From: Camelus ferus | Lineage: Eukaryota | DNA length: 64,000 nucleotides | Assembly (NCBI RefSeq): GCF_009834535.1 | Contig: NC_045696.1 | Span: forward strand, 3,164,001-3,228,000 | Direction: 5' to 3' | Shown: in pieces, positions 1 through 12,375 of the stretch | How the letters are laid out: the number at the start of each line of letters is the position of its first letter | How positions within the stretch are numbered: the stretch's first letter is position 1 | Program-made: the position numbers and the translations under genes | The notes under the pieces: generated by a model | Told to the model about the DNA's origin: nothing | What the model saw: only the letters and a program-made list of their open reading frames with translations | Databases searched by the model: none

Positions 1-113
1 GGCTGCAGACGCTCCAGGACGTGGGCGGAGGGTGAGGCTCCCCATTTCGTCTGCCACTGGCTTCGCCGTCCTTTCTGGAGCTCAGGTCCGCGGCCAGACT
101 GAAGGTGTACGTC
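1..113 (-). CDS. UBASH3A: UBASH3A coding exon (human exon 8 equivalent), truncated by window edge; linker after SH3
   Basis: Minus strand gives (R)TYTFSLAADLSSRKDGEASGRRNGE, matching human RMYTFSLATDLNSRKDGEASSR. CAG acceptor at 116-114; phase fits the previous exon. Confidence 0.93.
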
Positions 114-219
114 CTGTGGGAGGAGAAGGGGATGCCGTGTGGGGCAGACACGGGAAGCCCCTGTCAGCACGTGCTTGCGAGGGTACAGGAAGCGGTGGGC
201 GGGTTAGGCCATCACACCC

Positions 220-578
220 CGCTATGAGCTGAACTGCGTGCCCTTGAAGTTTACAGTCTTGACCCCTGGGACCTCCAAAGGTGCCCCTGTGTGGAGGTGG
301 GGCCTTTAAAGGGCTGATTCAAGTAAAAAGAGGCTGCTAGGGTGGGTGCTGATTCAATCTGGCTGGTGTCCTAATGAGAAGGGCGGTCGGGACACCGACT
401 CGCACAGAGGGACGACTGTGTGAGGACTCAGAGGAGCGGCATCCCCGCGCCAAGGAGAGGCCTCAGGGGAAGCAGCCCCGTCTTGGATGTCCAGCCGCCA
501 GGACTGTGAAAGAATGAGCTCTGTCACTTAAGCCGCCCGCCTATGGTGTCTTGTTAGCGACCGGAGCAAACCAGCACA
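220..578 (+). mobile_element. MLT1-type (ERVL-MaLR) solo LTR
   Basis: Characteristic segments tatgagctgaactg, ggggcctttaaa, ctggtgtcctaatgagaagg, ccaaggagaggcctcag, ttaagcc...ctatggt..ttgtta. Confidence 0.8.
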
Positions 579-1669
579 TCACCCTCTTCAGGCCCATCTT
601 CTGACACAGCTGAAGGTGTAAAGGTGGCTGTGGCTGGGAGACGGGGACAGGCGAGCAGAGCAGGCACGTTCTGCACCGTGGGAACGCCCCGGAAAGGCCC
701 AGACTAGTCAGCGGGTGGGTGCAGCCGAGAGAAATTTCTCCTTGTCCGTGGATCAGGAAAGGTGCCCCTGGGGTGGGCTGGTGTTCAGGAGCTCTGGGGA
801 CGGCTGAGGGCAAAGGTCACAGCACACCAGCGCTGTGAGAACTCTAGAAAGTGAGTGGGGGACGCCGAGGGGAGGGATGACGGAGGGGCCGGAGGAGGAG
901 TGTGAGTGAGGAAGGAGCCCGTGGTCACGGAAATCCTCCGAGGGCAAGAAATGACTGGGCGCCCCAGGGAAAATCCATGTTATAAAGGGAAAGGTCATCT
1001 TCATCAACTCGATCCAAAAACAATCTACAACCACTTCTGGTTCCCTTTCCTGCCGGATCTGAACACCCATGCTGGTGGTCGCAAAGGAGTGCCACTGCAG
1101 CTGTCCTGACAGTGCGGGCAGCCTGCTGTATGTAGCATGCGGGCTGGGTTCAAACCAGGCTGATTAAAATAAAAACATACAATCAGAGCAGAGCGATGGG
1201 CAGGAGCTGGAGAGGGAGATGGGAAAGAGAGCTTGTGCTTGGTTTTGCTTTGAGGGTGACAGCATGTTTGTTTGCGGGTGGCCACCCTTGGGGAAGGTCT
1301 TGGGACGGCAGATGATGCTGGCACAGTGCTCTGGGGGAGGGGGCACTGGAAGCCCAGGAGGGATGGGATTTGGTAAGTTGGCCAGGAGTTTGGACCATTA
1401 GTCTAATGGGCGGGAGACGGGCAGGTGGGCCCAGAGGCCGCAGGTGGCAAGAGATGGTGGACGCTCTTCTGACGCCCACCCATCACGGTGCCTGGAATGA
1501 AGACGGCAGCGGGTCAGACACAAAGCACCGGCCAGCAGAGCGTCCAGGGATGCCTGGGCCTTTGATGCTAGTGGAAGAGGAGGCAGGTAATCTGCTCACC
1601 TGAGTCACTGGTAAGGGAACTTCATCTTAATTACTATTTTCTGAAAAGCCTTGTTCCCATCTTGCTCTT

Positions 1670-2429
1670 TATTTTATTTATTATTATTATTATTATTATT
1701 TTTAATTGAATTATAGTCAGTTACAATGTGTCGGTCTCTGGTGCACAGCACAATGTCTCAGTCATACATATACATACATGTATTTGTTTTCATTAAAGGT
1801 TATTACAAGATATTGAATATAGTTCCCTGTGCTGTACAGAAGAAACTTGTTTTTATCTATTTTTATATATAGTGGTGAACCTTTACAAATCTCAAACTCC
1901 CAAATTTATCCCTTCTCACCCCCTTTCCCTCAGTAACCATAAGACTGTCTATGTCTGTGAGTTTGTTTCTGTTTTGTAGATGAGTTCATTAGTGTCTTCT
2001 TTTTTCTTTTTTTTAGATTCACAAATGAGAGATATCATATGGTATTTTTCTTTCTCTTTCTGACTTATTTCACTTAGTATGACAATCTCCAGGTCCATCC
2101 ATGTTTCTGCAAATGACATTATTTTATTCTTCCTTATGGCTGGGTAGTATTCCATTGTATAAATAAACCACAGCTTCTTTACCCAGTCATCTGGTGATGG
2201 ACATTTCAGTTGTTTCCATGTCTTGGCTGTTGTCAATAGTGCTGCTGTGAACATTGAGGGGCACATATCTTTTCAAATTAGAGTTCCCTCCAGACATATG
2301 CCCAGGAGTGGGATTGCTGGATCATATGGTAAGTCTTTTTTTAGTTTTTTGAGGAATCTCCATACTGTTTACCATGATGGCTGCACCAAACTACATTCCC
2401 ACCAACAGTGTAGGAGGGTTCCCTTTTCT
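1670..2429 (-). mobile_element. 5'-truncated young L1 (ORF2 end, 3' UTR, (TAA)n tail) with 13-bp TSD
   Basis: ORF 1949-2266 is the L1 ORF2 C-terminus ([20 protein letters not shown]). TSD CCATCTTGCTCTT at 1657-1669 and 2430-2442. Confidence 0.93.
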
Positions 2430-2499
2430 CCATCTTGCTCTTAAGTTGTAATGTATTTATGATTTTTAACCTACAGAAGCCTTAAATTTTAAGCATTTA

Positions 2500-3400
2500 A
2501 TCATCCTTATTAATGACGGGTCTGTTAAGTTTCACTCTAAGATGTGTCCACCTGCTTCTCTGCTTTCAAAGCTCTCCCCAGTCCAGCATTCAGACATACT
2601 GTCATTTAAACTGCCTTCTATTTTGAAATGATTTTCTTTCTCTCTCGAGTTCTCTTCTCTGTCAGGAGCTGACTTGAGTGTATGCTGTGAGGTCACGCAG
2701 GGCACCATTTATTGTGAACCCATTTACGCTCCTGTCTTGAGGCGCCCAGCAGACACAACCTCCCAGTACGCCGGGTCTCTCCCCCTGCCATCCACCTGTT
2801 GCCTGGAGCTGCCTTTTCCCTTTCCTTCCAAGCGGTACCATATCACATGCAGACGGCGTGTTTTTACTATCTGGCAGGGTAAGTCTCTCCTCTCCTCATC
2901 TTTACTGTTCAAAGTGTTCTCAACTCTCCTCTCCTGTTTACTCTCCCAGATAAACTTTTCAATCATTCAGCGAAGGCCCAACAAATGATCCCCTTGGGAC
3001 TGTCCCTCGAATGTCACGAAACCTGGAAATGACGGACAGGATTGATTTTCTCCATCATGAACGTGGTGTTTCTTCTTACTCAGCCCATCTGTAAATGTCT
3101 GCCTTTCTCGCAGAGGGGCCCCAAGTCCCAGATTCTCACAAAGCTGACGGCAGTCCAGGCGTCCCTCCGGAGACCCCAGCAAGGTCCCGCGCTGGGAGGG
3201 GCATCGTTGCTCCCGAGTCTCAGCGGCCCTGGGGCTCAGGCCACCTGCCTGTCACCCCGCAGCCGCCCGGCCCGCCCTCCGCGTCCGCGGTGGTTGGACG
3301 TTGGCAACGCGTTTCCGAAACCGGCTGCAAGCGGTGCCTTCCCTTCACCTGCTGGTTCCTCTGCGGCCTTGAGCCCCTTTTGGCGGGACGGCGGCATTCA
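2500..3400 (-). mobile_element. Highly diverged ancient L1 ORF2 fragment
   Basis: ORF 2724-2966 (KFIWESKQERRVENTL...VIWY...DPAYW) resembles L1 ORF2 KFIWK.KRPRIAK.IL...TVWYW...DP; similarity becomes faint rightward. Confidence 0.55.
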
Positions 3401-3910
3401 GGGCGGACGGGTCTACTGGGCTCGCGTGCGCCCCCGCGGCCGGTGTCAGCGCGCAGAACCCGGGGGCTCCCGCTCCCACCGGCGGGCACTCGGGCCGCCG
3501 CGCTCCCCCCGCCCCCCCCCCCCCCCCCCGCAGGCGCGCCGCCGCCCACCGCGCGGCGGCTTCCTCTTCCCGGAGGCGGGCGGCCGCGGTGCAGGTGGCA
3601 CGGGTCTTTATCTATAAATAACATCTGTGCAGTTTACAGTCAGAGAGAAAACGGAATCTTTTTTTGGAGGGCGAGGCTTTCAAATGAAACATGATCTAGG
3701 TTGTCGACGAGAGGGAAAGGAAAGAACCTAGCATTTTAGTATTTCCGTTTTCCCCTAAACTTCAGAGGCCCAGTGCACGGTTCACCTACAGTGTGCGGGC
3801 CGTTAGGGCTGCCGCAGCGAGGCGCCAGGCGGCGGCTCACCAGCCGACCTCCTCCTCTCGGGTCCGGGGGCTGGGAGCCAAGGCCAAGGTGGGGCGGCGC
3901 TGGCTCCTCC
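3150..3910. promoter_or_regulatory. CpG-island-like GC-rich segment in a UBASH3A intron
   Basis: Dense CpG (cgcgtccgcgg, gcgcgccgccgcccaccgcgcggcggc), a long C-tract at about 3505-3529, and E2F-like TTTTGGCGGG near 3378. Confidence 0.65.
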
Positions 3911-4164
3911 GAGGCCTCTCGCCTTGGCTTGTGGATGCCGTCTCCTCCCTGTGTCCCCACACGGTCACCCTTCTGTGTGTGTCTGAGGCCCAATTTCCTC
4001 TTCTTACAAGGTCACCAGTCAGATGGATCAGGGCCCAGCCTGATGATCTCACTCTATGTCCATCACCTCTTTAAAAACCCACCTCCAAATACAGTCACAT
4101 TCTGAGGTGCCGAGGGTGAGGATTTCAACATTTGAATTCTGGGGACGCAATGCAGCCCACGACA
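3793..4164 (-). mobile_element. MLT1-type solo LTR with GC-drifted left end
   Basis: ccttggcttgtggatgccgtc...cttacaaggtcaccagtca...tccaaatacagtcacattctgaggt...gatttcaacat. Confidence 0.85.
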
Positions 4165-6149
4165 GTGCTTCACTATGTCTGAGCTACCTGCCACCAGCTC
4201 GCACTGTGGTTTTGGAAAGTCACCGGGTATGTATTGTTTGTAATCTCATCCTGGCCAGAAGGAGACGGAAGGTTCTCTGAGCGCGAACATGTGCGGCTCC
4301 TCCGCTCTCTGTGCGAGGGGGTGCCACGTCCGTCCTTCTCTGTGGAGAGTCGAGAACTGCTGTGATTCCTGAATACTCTCCTCCACCACTGTCCCTCTGG
4401 TCACCTCTGAGCCTTCTCTTCAAGGTAAGGAGCAAAGACTGCCGGCTCATTTTGTTGTCCTGTGAATCCGGACTCCCGAGCTCTTGCCCCAAGGCCGCAT
4501 CGCCACGTTGGGGTGGGTGCCGGGTGGAAGGCCAGCCGTTCTCCCTGCTGGCTTGCCTGTGCCGAGTGCGGACCCTGTGCTGACACTGTCGGGGATACTG
4601 GTCCAGCGTCTGAACCGCGGTCTGTCTGTCCGCCATGCAGGTAGCCTTGGGACAGTGCCGTCTGACCACACTGCCCAGTGCTCAAAAGACCAGTGATGTG
4701 CCTAGACATTCTAGGGCCATTTCTGATCTTAAAGGCTTTAAGTGTTTAATAAAGTACAACTTTGGCAGCTTTAGAAGACTTAGCTGGGACAGCTGAGTCT
4801 GACAGCAGGGTGGTTCCCTGCCTTTCTGCCCACAGTCACATGACACACTGTCTCACTGCTGCTCCAGTGAGGATGGAGTGCTGCTCAAACACGGCCAGTC
4901 AGACGCCCCACAGCCTAGCCCAGTACCTAGTTTTCTCTCCTTTTGCTGTAATTCTTGTTAATACTTATTAATTCCTGAGGGGAAGCTTGTTTCTAGAAAG
5001 AACAGCCCCAGATATGACCTGCTTAAAGGCTGGAATGGTTATTTTGGGGAAGGGTGACTGACAGATTCACTGTGAGGTGAGAAATATAACAGCCACAGGC
5101 TCATTTTCTACAGAGTCTTTGCTGCATGGTTCTAGAGACATCCAGTTTGCCAGTTGTCTGGTGACAGGGAGGCTCTCTCGTCCTGAGGGACAGGGGCCAC
5201 AGGGGAGCCCATGCTCCGTGGAAGTAGGCGGCCACTTAGGGTGGGACCAGCACCTCCGCTCCTGTTCCTCCTTAACAGCTCGTCAGACCAGGTGACGGGC
5301 TGGGCTGGGTCTAAAATGGAGCAAGTGCTTCCTTCATCTAGTGATGCCGCCAGCCCCCCACCTCCCTGGGCCCGGGCATTCTCAGCTCTCTCTCAGGGAG
5401 GATGACTGATCTGATTATCTCTGTAGTCCCTGTGACTTTGCCGTGGCCTCTGGACCCGTGGTCGTGCCTACACCCGCAAAATTGTGCTTTTATGGAACAA
5501 CTGGTCCACACCCGCACCTCGGTCAGCTGTGATCACTTTGTGGAAGCGAGTCCCCCTCCACCTGGGGTGGGGGAGAGCTCGGAGCTGGGGCCGCACAGCG
5601 AGCATAGTGTGTGCAAAGTGTGGCCCTGAGTTTGTCTGACTTTTCTCCCTTTATTACCCTTTGACCCAACTTTCTTATATTCTTTTTTTTTTAACTTAAA
5701 ATTGATCAATTTATATTTTGAATAAGTAATGCATTTCTATGGTTCAAAAAATTTTAAATTATACAGTGGTAGAGAGTGAAAATTCTCCCTCCCACCCTGT
5801 CTTGTTGTCCAGTCCCCCACCCTCAGCCCTGTGGGGAGCCATGGTTAGAAGTTTCTAGAGGTCCTCCCTTCCAGGGAACTTTTAGGCATAAACACGCGTA
5901 TCAGTACACATTGTGCATCTGTGTACAGATGCTCATATTTCACTTCATCCTTCCCCACAAGCAGTGCTATCCTACACACATTGTTCTGCAACTTATCTTG
6001 GATTTTTAAAAAACTAACAGCACATAAAATACTTCCTCATCATCATTTTTTAAAACTTCAAGTATTCTACTGTATGGCCATATCATAATTTATTTCACTA
6101 GCTTATTTTTTATTTAATTATCTCTTCTACAGGCAGACTAGGTCACGGT

Positions 6150-7815
6150 CAAAAGCATACACGCAACTTTTCTCAGCTATACAATGAAATGCAAATCCAG
6201 GTGCTGCTGCAAAGAGGTTTTTCAGATGTAATTAAGGTCTCTAATCAGGTGACCTTAAGTTAATCAAAGTGGAGACTATCCTGGGTGGGCCTCACTTCTT
6301 CAGTTGGAAGGACTTTGAAAAAGGCTGAGGTTTTGAAGTCAGCCAGAAGGAGAAGGAAAAATGCCATATGATATCACTTATATGTGGAATCTTAAAAAAA
6401 GAACACAAATGAACTTATCTACAAAACAGAAACAGACTCACAGACACAGAGAACAAACTGATGGTTACCGGGGGTGAAGAGGGTGGGAAGGGATAAATTG
6501 GGAATTCGAAAATTGCAGCACTTGGGGAGCGATGGAAACGTTCACTATCTTGATTGTGGTGGTGGTTTCAGGGGTGTGGACATCTATCAAAACCATCAAA
6601 CTGTACATCTGAAATATGTGGAGTTTACGGTACAGGAGCCACACCACAATAAAGGGGTTTAAAAAAACAGAACAGGCTTAGGTCTTCCCTGAGCTCAGAG
6701 GTTCCAAATAGCAGCTGTGTCTGCAGTTAACTGTTCTCCATCTGCCTGGGTGGTCCTCCCCAGTTGTCACACACAGGTGACAAGTTCCACTGACCCATGG
6801 GTGTCCAGCCTGCTGTGGTTGCCTTCCCTTTCTTCTTGCCTGAGCTTGCTTAGCCCCAACAACCACACAAGGCGATTTCTTATGATAAGTCCATGTATGT
6901 GTATGTATCTAGATGGTATGTGATATATGTATATATTATAGTAATATAACAAATATAAATTATTTGTATTATCAATATATTAGCATATATTAATAATAAA
7001 ATAATATACTTTAAACATGTATTAGATAAATACACAATATAAAAATTACTGGTTCAACTCCTCTGGTTAGTCTTTGCTGATACAAAATTTGGTTTCAAGA
7101 GTAGGGAGCTGTTGTGAAAAATACTTGAAATTTGGGAGCCACTTTGAGACTGAGCCGGGGGGAGGCTGGGAGAATTTTGGGAAGCACGGTCAAGAAAGTC
7201 TGAATGACTCGGACAGACTGTGAATAGAATGTGGATGTCCCAGGTGTCACTGGTGAGGACGCGGGGCGGAGTGAGACACTGGTAGGACACCGCAGAAGGG
7301 GATCCCTCTTATGTGGTGGCAAAGAGTTTAGTGACATTGTCCATAGAAGGCAGAGCTTGTAAGTGAAGAAGTTCCTATAAGGACATTTCCAAGCCAAGCA
7401 CTGAGGGTTTGGCTCCTTCTTGCTGCTTATAGTAAAACGTGTGAAGAGAGAGATAAGTTGAGAGGAGAACCATCCAGCAAAAATGAACCAGCACCTGAGG
7501 ATTTTGAAAAGCCTCAGCTCCCCAAGTGATGCTAGCAGTGCTAAAATTAAGAAATTCCAGCTGAACACGAAGAAGCAAGCCACCAGGACTCTTACAGCTT
7601 CAAGGAAAGGAATTCCGCCTACAACCACGTGAGCTGGGGAGAGGACCCCCAGCCGCACATAGGACCCCAGCCCCAGCCAAAGCCTGACTGCGGCCTTGGG
7701 AGACCCCGAGTGGAAGACTCAACTACGCCAACGCCACTGGGGAAACTAGGAGATAAGAAATGTGTGTTGTTCTAGCTGTTAAGTTCATGGTCATTTCTCA
7801 CAGAGCACTAGAAAA
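6150..7815 (+). mobile_element. ERVL/MaLR cluster: MLT2-like LTR split by an L1 3' fragment (about 6340-6667), internal sequence, MLT1-like LTR piece
   Basis: gtaattaaggtctctaatcag...tcctgggtgggcct (MLT2-like); atcacttatatgtggaatct...aaacagactcacagac (L1 3' end); tgatacaaaatttggt junction; agataagaaatgtgtgttgtt (MLT1 3' end). Confidence 0.65.
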
Positions 7816-8175
7816 GTGCCGCTGCCCCTTAGGACGTTACCGCTTATACACTGGGCTGAAGGGCAAGAAAAGCCAAGCTCAGGGCTGCTGGCTATAATTT
7901 ATTATGCTCGTACTAAGGCAGTGGAATTTTGTAGCCCTTTTGGGCTTATGACCTCAGGAACTTCTTGTAGAGTAGCTCATGTTTGCTGATTGCTGTCAGC
8001 AGAAAACCACGAATCAGCCAGGATGTTTACCATACACCTGCAGGGATAACGCCGCCAACATAGAGAAGGCAACTTTTACCAACAGCGGAAAGGTCCAGAA
8101 GCACACAGGCACTGCGGCCACTGTTTGCAGACAGCTCCCAGACACCAACTCAGAGAGTGGCGGAGCGACACTCAC

Positions 8176-8384
8176 CTGTGCTTCACCCACGTGTCACACT
8201 CGCTGACCCGCTCCGTGTAGTTCTCGGGCAGGAAGCCCCGGCAGCCGGTCCACTGCGAGGTCCCAATCACCCAGCCCTCGCTGGCTTCCTCCTGCTGAGT
8301 GGGGTCCACGAAGACGTGGTCGCCGGGACTCAGCATCAGCTCATCCACGTTCTGGGGGTTGTACTGGTACAGGACCCTCAGGGT
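8176..8384 (-). CDS. UBASH3A: UBASH3A exon, SH3 domain (209 bp)
   Basis: TLRVLYQYNPQNVDELMLSPGDHVFVDPTQQEEASEGWVIGTSQWTGCRGFLPENYTERVSECDTWVKHR; TAG acceptor, GTGAGT donor. Confidence 0.97.
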
Positions 8385-9184
8385 CTAGAAAGGAGGCAAG
8401 TGTCCTCATGTCTCGAGCAAGGACGTGTGCTGGGAAAGAGCATTGGGAGGGTCTTTGCTCTCAGGCTCCCCTGATGGCTTCTGCGTCTCTAAGACGCATC
8501 CAAGCCTTTGTTGATGACAGTAGGATAGAACAAAAGGATGCATAGGCTTCTGTGGGTGCATTTAGAAGTGAATTTTGGTATCTGTCCCTATCCGTCTTAC
8601 TATTATCTCTATTTACGTGTTTCTTATATGAAAATTCTCAAAGTGTAACGAGATGCTCACATCCACCCTCCTTGGAGTGAGGTGATTTGCAGCATCTCCC
8701 ACACCAAGGAACGTGGTGGATTCGGTCATGCTTATTCCATGGGTCTGAAAGGAGGACAAGCTTCCTGTCTAAACCAACCAGCTCCATGGGGAGGAAGTCC
8801 TGGAATGCGACTTCACTCAAGTCATTAAATAGTTAATAAGCAACCCAGTGTATTCCATTATAAGCCTTTGCAATGGTGCATTTTTTATTTCCTCTTTAAT
8901 TATAATGGTGCATTTCTAATACCAGAAATTTTTCCATTTTTCCCCCAAATTTCTATGTGTTTGCAACTCACTTACAAAAGAATGTTGATTTCAAAATGCA
9001 GACAACAAAGTGATTTTGGAAAAAGAGTAGAAGTTATTCCTGCTTCTAAAGTTCCTCCAGCCAAGGGCCCTGGGGCCAGTGCTCTGCCAGAAGGGGAGCC
9101 ATGCACCTGTTCCTGTGGGGGGACCCAGCCCGACAGCCTGGCTGGGGCGTCCCTGGCCGGGCCCCCAGGCCCGGGTTTGCTCAC

Positions 9185-9354
9185 CTGGTAGTGTACGAAG
9201 CGCATGTCCCGGGAGTAGAGTGCGGCGGTCCACTGGCAGCTGTGGCCCAGGGGGATGGCTCTGGCCAGCTGCTCCAGCGTCCTCTGGTGGTGGGGGTAGA
9301 ACTTGTGGGCCAGGGTCAGATGCAGCTGCTTGGTGCAAGGCTTCACGGTGCAGT
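9185..9354 (-). CDS. UBASH3A: UBASH3A exon, second half of 2H-phosphoesterase domain (170 bp)
   Basis: (D)CTVKPCTKQLHLTLAHKFYPHHQRTLEQLARAIPLGHSCQWTAALYSRDMRFVHYQ; second HxT motif (HLT); CAG/GTGAGC. Confidence 0.97.
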
Positions 9355-10846
9355 CTGTGAAATCAGGCAAATGGGGGCGCTGGGCACCTGTACCCAAACC
9401 GTCAGCACCGCACGCCCGGGGGCTCCCTGTCCCAGGGCAGCTACGTGCCCAGGTTGGCGGTGAAAACGCCCTTATACGTGGAGCCTCTGCCCCACCCCCC
9501 TGCACCGGGCGGGGCTTCCTCCGCAAGGCAGACACTCGGCCCCGATGGCGTCGTGGCACAGAGGTCACCTCATTAGTAAGGAGATGACTGGACGCCTGCA
9601 GATTGTACGAGGAAGTGGGAAAGCGGCGGGTGTGGAGATACAGGGTTCTTTTTGGGGCGGGGGGATGGTCTGTGGCCTACCAGTTTGCAAGCTAGTTGCC
9701 CAAATGATTAAAATCTGCATCCCCTGGGATACACAGTTGCTCAGTGGCCGGGGTGGGTGGCTCGGGCAGGCTCCGGGTCGTCGGCTTTCTGTTCATTTGC
9801 AGAGTCTTTGGAAGAAAAGGCCCCGGGCAATGCGCCTCCGGCAAGCACGGCAGCCCCTCTAACAGCGGCCGCTCTGGTGAGGCGGGTGCCCTTGGAGCGG
9901 CCGGGCCCTGGCCTTTTTGAGTGACCTCTGTCCTCGTGGCCCCAGCCCTCGTGGCCCTCCTCCCAGGGCTCTCAGGTCAGTGGGCGGCGGCACCCCGAAG
10001 CAGCCAGGATCTAACATCAGCCAGGCTGCCAGGCCGCTATGTTCCAGGGTGGCGGTGATCAGAGGAAGGGCACAGACTTTGGAGTCAGACAGACCTGGCT
10101 GTAGACCCATCCTGCCCCGTCTGGCAGGTGACCTTGGGAGCATCCTGGTCTGACTCAGCTTCAGTTTCCACGGCAATGACTTGAGGTGAGGACGGCGGCC
10201 CGCAGGGCTGTCGTGGGAAACCGGTCTCCTAACTGTCAGGTCCTCAGGAGACTCAGGTAGCATTAGTTATCTGCCCCCTTTCCCATGGGCCACCCTTAGC
10301 CACACGCAGGCTCTGCCCTCCTCCCCACCGCACCCCCTAAAAAAGTCAAAGGAGATGCAAGCGCTTCCGGGAGCCCAGACTTGGCCCCACCCTTGTCTTC
10401 CACCCTCTAGCTGAGACTTTGTGACCAAAGGGGAAACCAGTGAGGTCTCCACGCCCTGAGCTGCGGGGGTGAGAAGCCTGAAGCAAGAGAGTGTGTGGGT
10501 GGCGGGGAAATTCCTTTTCTCGGGTGTTTCAGCCGAGCAGGGGAGGATGGCCGTGCCCTGTGAGTCAGCGTGGCCTGGGAAAGGCCCGCCGGTCCTTATC
10601 AGAGAGATCACGGAGGAACCGGCGTCTGAGTGAGCGTGGCCCTGGGGACGCCGAGGTGGCAAGGGACACACTTGCTGGAGAGGACCCACCGGGTCGGAGT
10701 CGGCCCAGGGCACAGGCTGTGGAAGGGCCGGGCGGAGCCTGCCCAGGGTCAGGTGAGGGGCAGGAGGTCAGAGCCGGCCCCCCCAGGAAGCAGGGCCGGC
10801 CAGCACAAAAGCCAGTGCCAGATCCGGCCCCCACTGGTTAGGGGAC

Positions 10847-11265
10847 TCTGTTGGTTTCTTGAGCTGTTGTCACAGACTGCCACACACTGGGTGGCTTAGG
10901 ACAACAGACATTTCTTTTCAGAATTCGGAGGCCAGAAGTCCAAAGCCAAGGTGGCGGCTGGCCAGCCCCCTCTGCAGGCTCTGGGGAAGGTCCTCCCTTG
11001 CTCCTCCAGCTCCTGGTGGCTCCTGGCCTTCCTTGGCTTGTGGCTGCGCCCCTGCAGTGCCTGCGTCCAGTGTCACATGGCCTCTCTGTGTCTCCCTGCA
11101 TCTTCTCCTCATCTTACAAGGACCCCAGATGTTGGGTTTAGGGCCTGCCCTACTCCAGTGTGACCTCAATTAATTATACCTACAAAGACCCTATTTCCAA
11201 ATAAGGTCCTTCTCTGAGCTTCTGGGAGGACGTGAATTTTAGGGGACACTTTTCAACCCATGACA
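10847..11265 (-). mobile_element. MLT1-type solo LTR
   Basis: ctgggtggctta..acaacaga...ggaggccagaagtcc...aaagaccctatttccaaataaggtc...ttcaaccca. Confidence 0.85.
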
Positions 11266-12262
11266 GTGACCTTGGGCAAACACTTTATCCTTCACAGCCC
11301 TGGTCACTCCTTTCTAAAATGGGACCATTGAGAGCCATTCGGGGGGGGGGGCACGAAGAGTCAGCGGGGTGCTGTGCCTGTTCGGAGGCCAGTAGCTGAC
11401 ACTTTTCATCAGGACAAGAGCCACGTTGTCCATTTAGAGACGAGGAGATTAAAGAGCTGTCCTTTGGACACATGTTTACAGAAAGGAGACCAGTCCTCAA
11501 AGACGCAGGTATGTTTATAATGATCTAGCAAATATGACCCCAGACCCAACAAGCCAGCATCCAGATGGAAACCTGGGGCCAAGGAACATGGCCACGTGGC
11601 TGGGATACACGTGCGTACACGTCTGCGGGGGGCAGGGACGGCCCCTCCCCCGGGTACTGCGGTCTCCTCGAGTTTCAGACTCAGCAAATCACAGCAGGAC
11701 CAAGCACCTCTGGGTGCCAGGAAGTTCCCCAAACAGGCTGCAGAAAATGGCTCGGGGGTTAGAGCAGGTGATTAGGGGCACATCCCTAAGTGGAGATGAG
11801 GGAGAATTTGCGCCTGAGGTCAGGGGCAGAGTTCCCTCTAAACCCCAGCTGGCACCTCAGTCTCCAGACCCCGGCTGGTGTTGGAGAAAAGGGAATTCGG
11901 CTAATTCTCAAAGTGAGTCTAAATAATCTTTCCCCCAAGAGGCCAAGGAGGCAAGGCTACGCTCATACCTAAAAAATGAAAATGAACCGTCTAGGACTTG
12001 TGTTTACACACAGCGCTGGCCCTGTGAGGAGAGAGACCTTGGGGAGGGGGAGACACATAAGGCTGGGGGTTCCCCAACCCCCAGTGTGCACACCAGCCGA
12101 CACTCCCCCGTCTCCTCGGAGCCACATAACGTCCCCTCCTGGGACAATCTCCCAGGTGGCTGGACTATGACTGAGTGTTTTGAAAAAACCACATCCCTGC
12201 AGACGAGGCTGCTCCCACTTAGAGGACAGCCTTCTGCTGGTTCTGAGTCTCTGTTCGCTCAC

Positions 12263-12375
12263 GGTTTTGAAGGACATCCCAGCCCAGTAGGGAGGCTCTG
12301 ACTAATTGTTCAGCTTTAGGTTAAGGCTGTGTCCCGGTTGCCGGTGGGAAAGAGCAGGTGGGGGCGGAAGTGGCC
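12263..12375 (-). pseudogene. UBASH3A: Degenerate remnant of the human UBASH3A long-isoform cassette exon (pseudo-exon)
   Basis: Two frames give HRQPGHSLNLKLNN* and RASLLGWDVLQN, versus recalled human SQVPGHGPNLRLSNLTRASFVSHYILQK. GTGAGC donor retained; CGG where the AG acceptor is expected. Confidence 0.7.

Noticed and set aside
3042..3694. Overlapping 134-199 aa ORFs on both strands over the CpG island
   Set aside because: Stop-codon depletion from GC content; no recognisable domain or splice structure.
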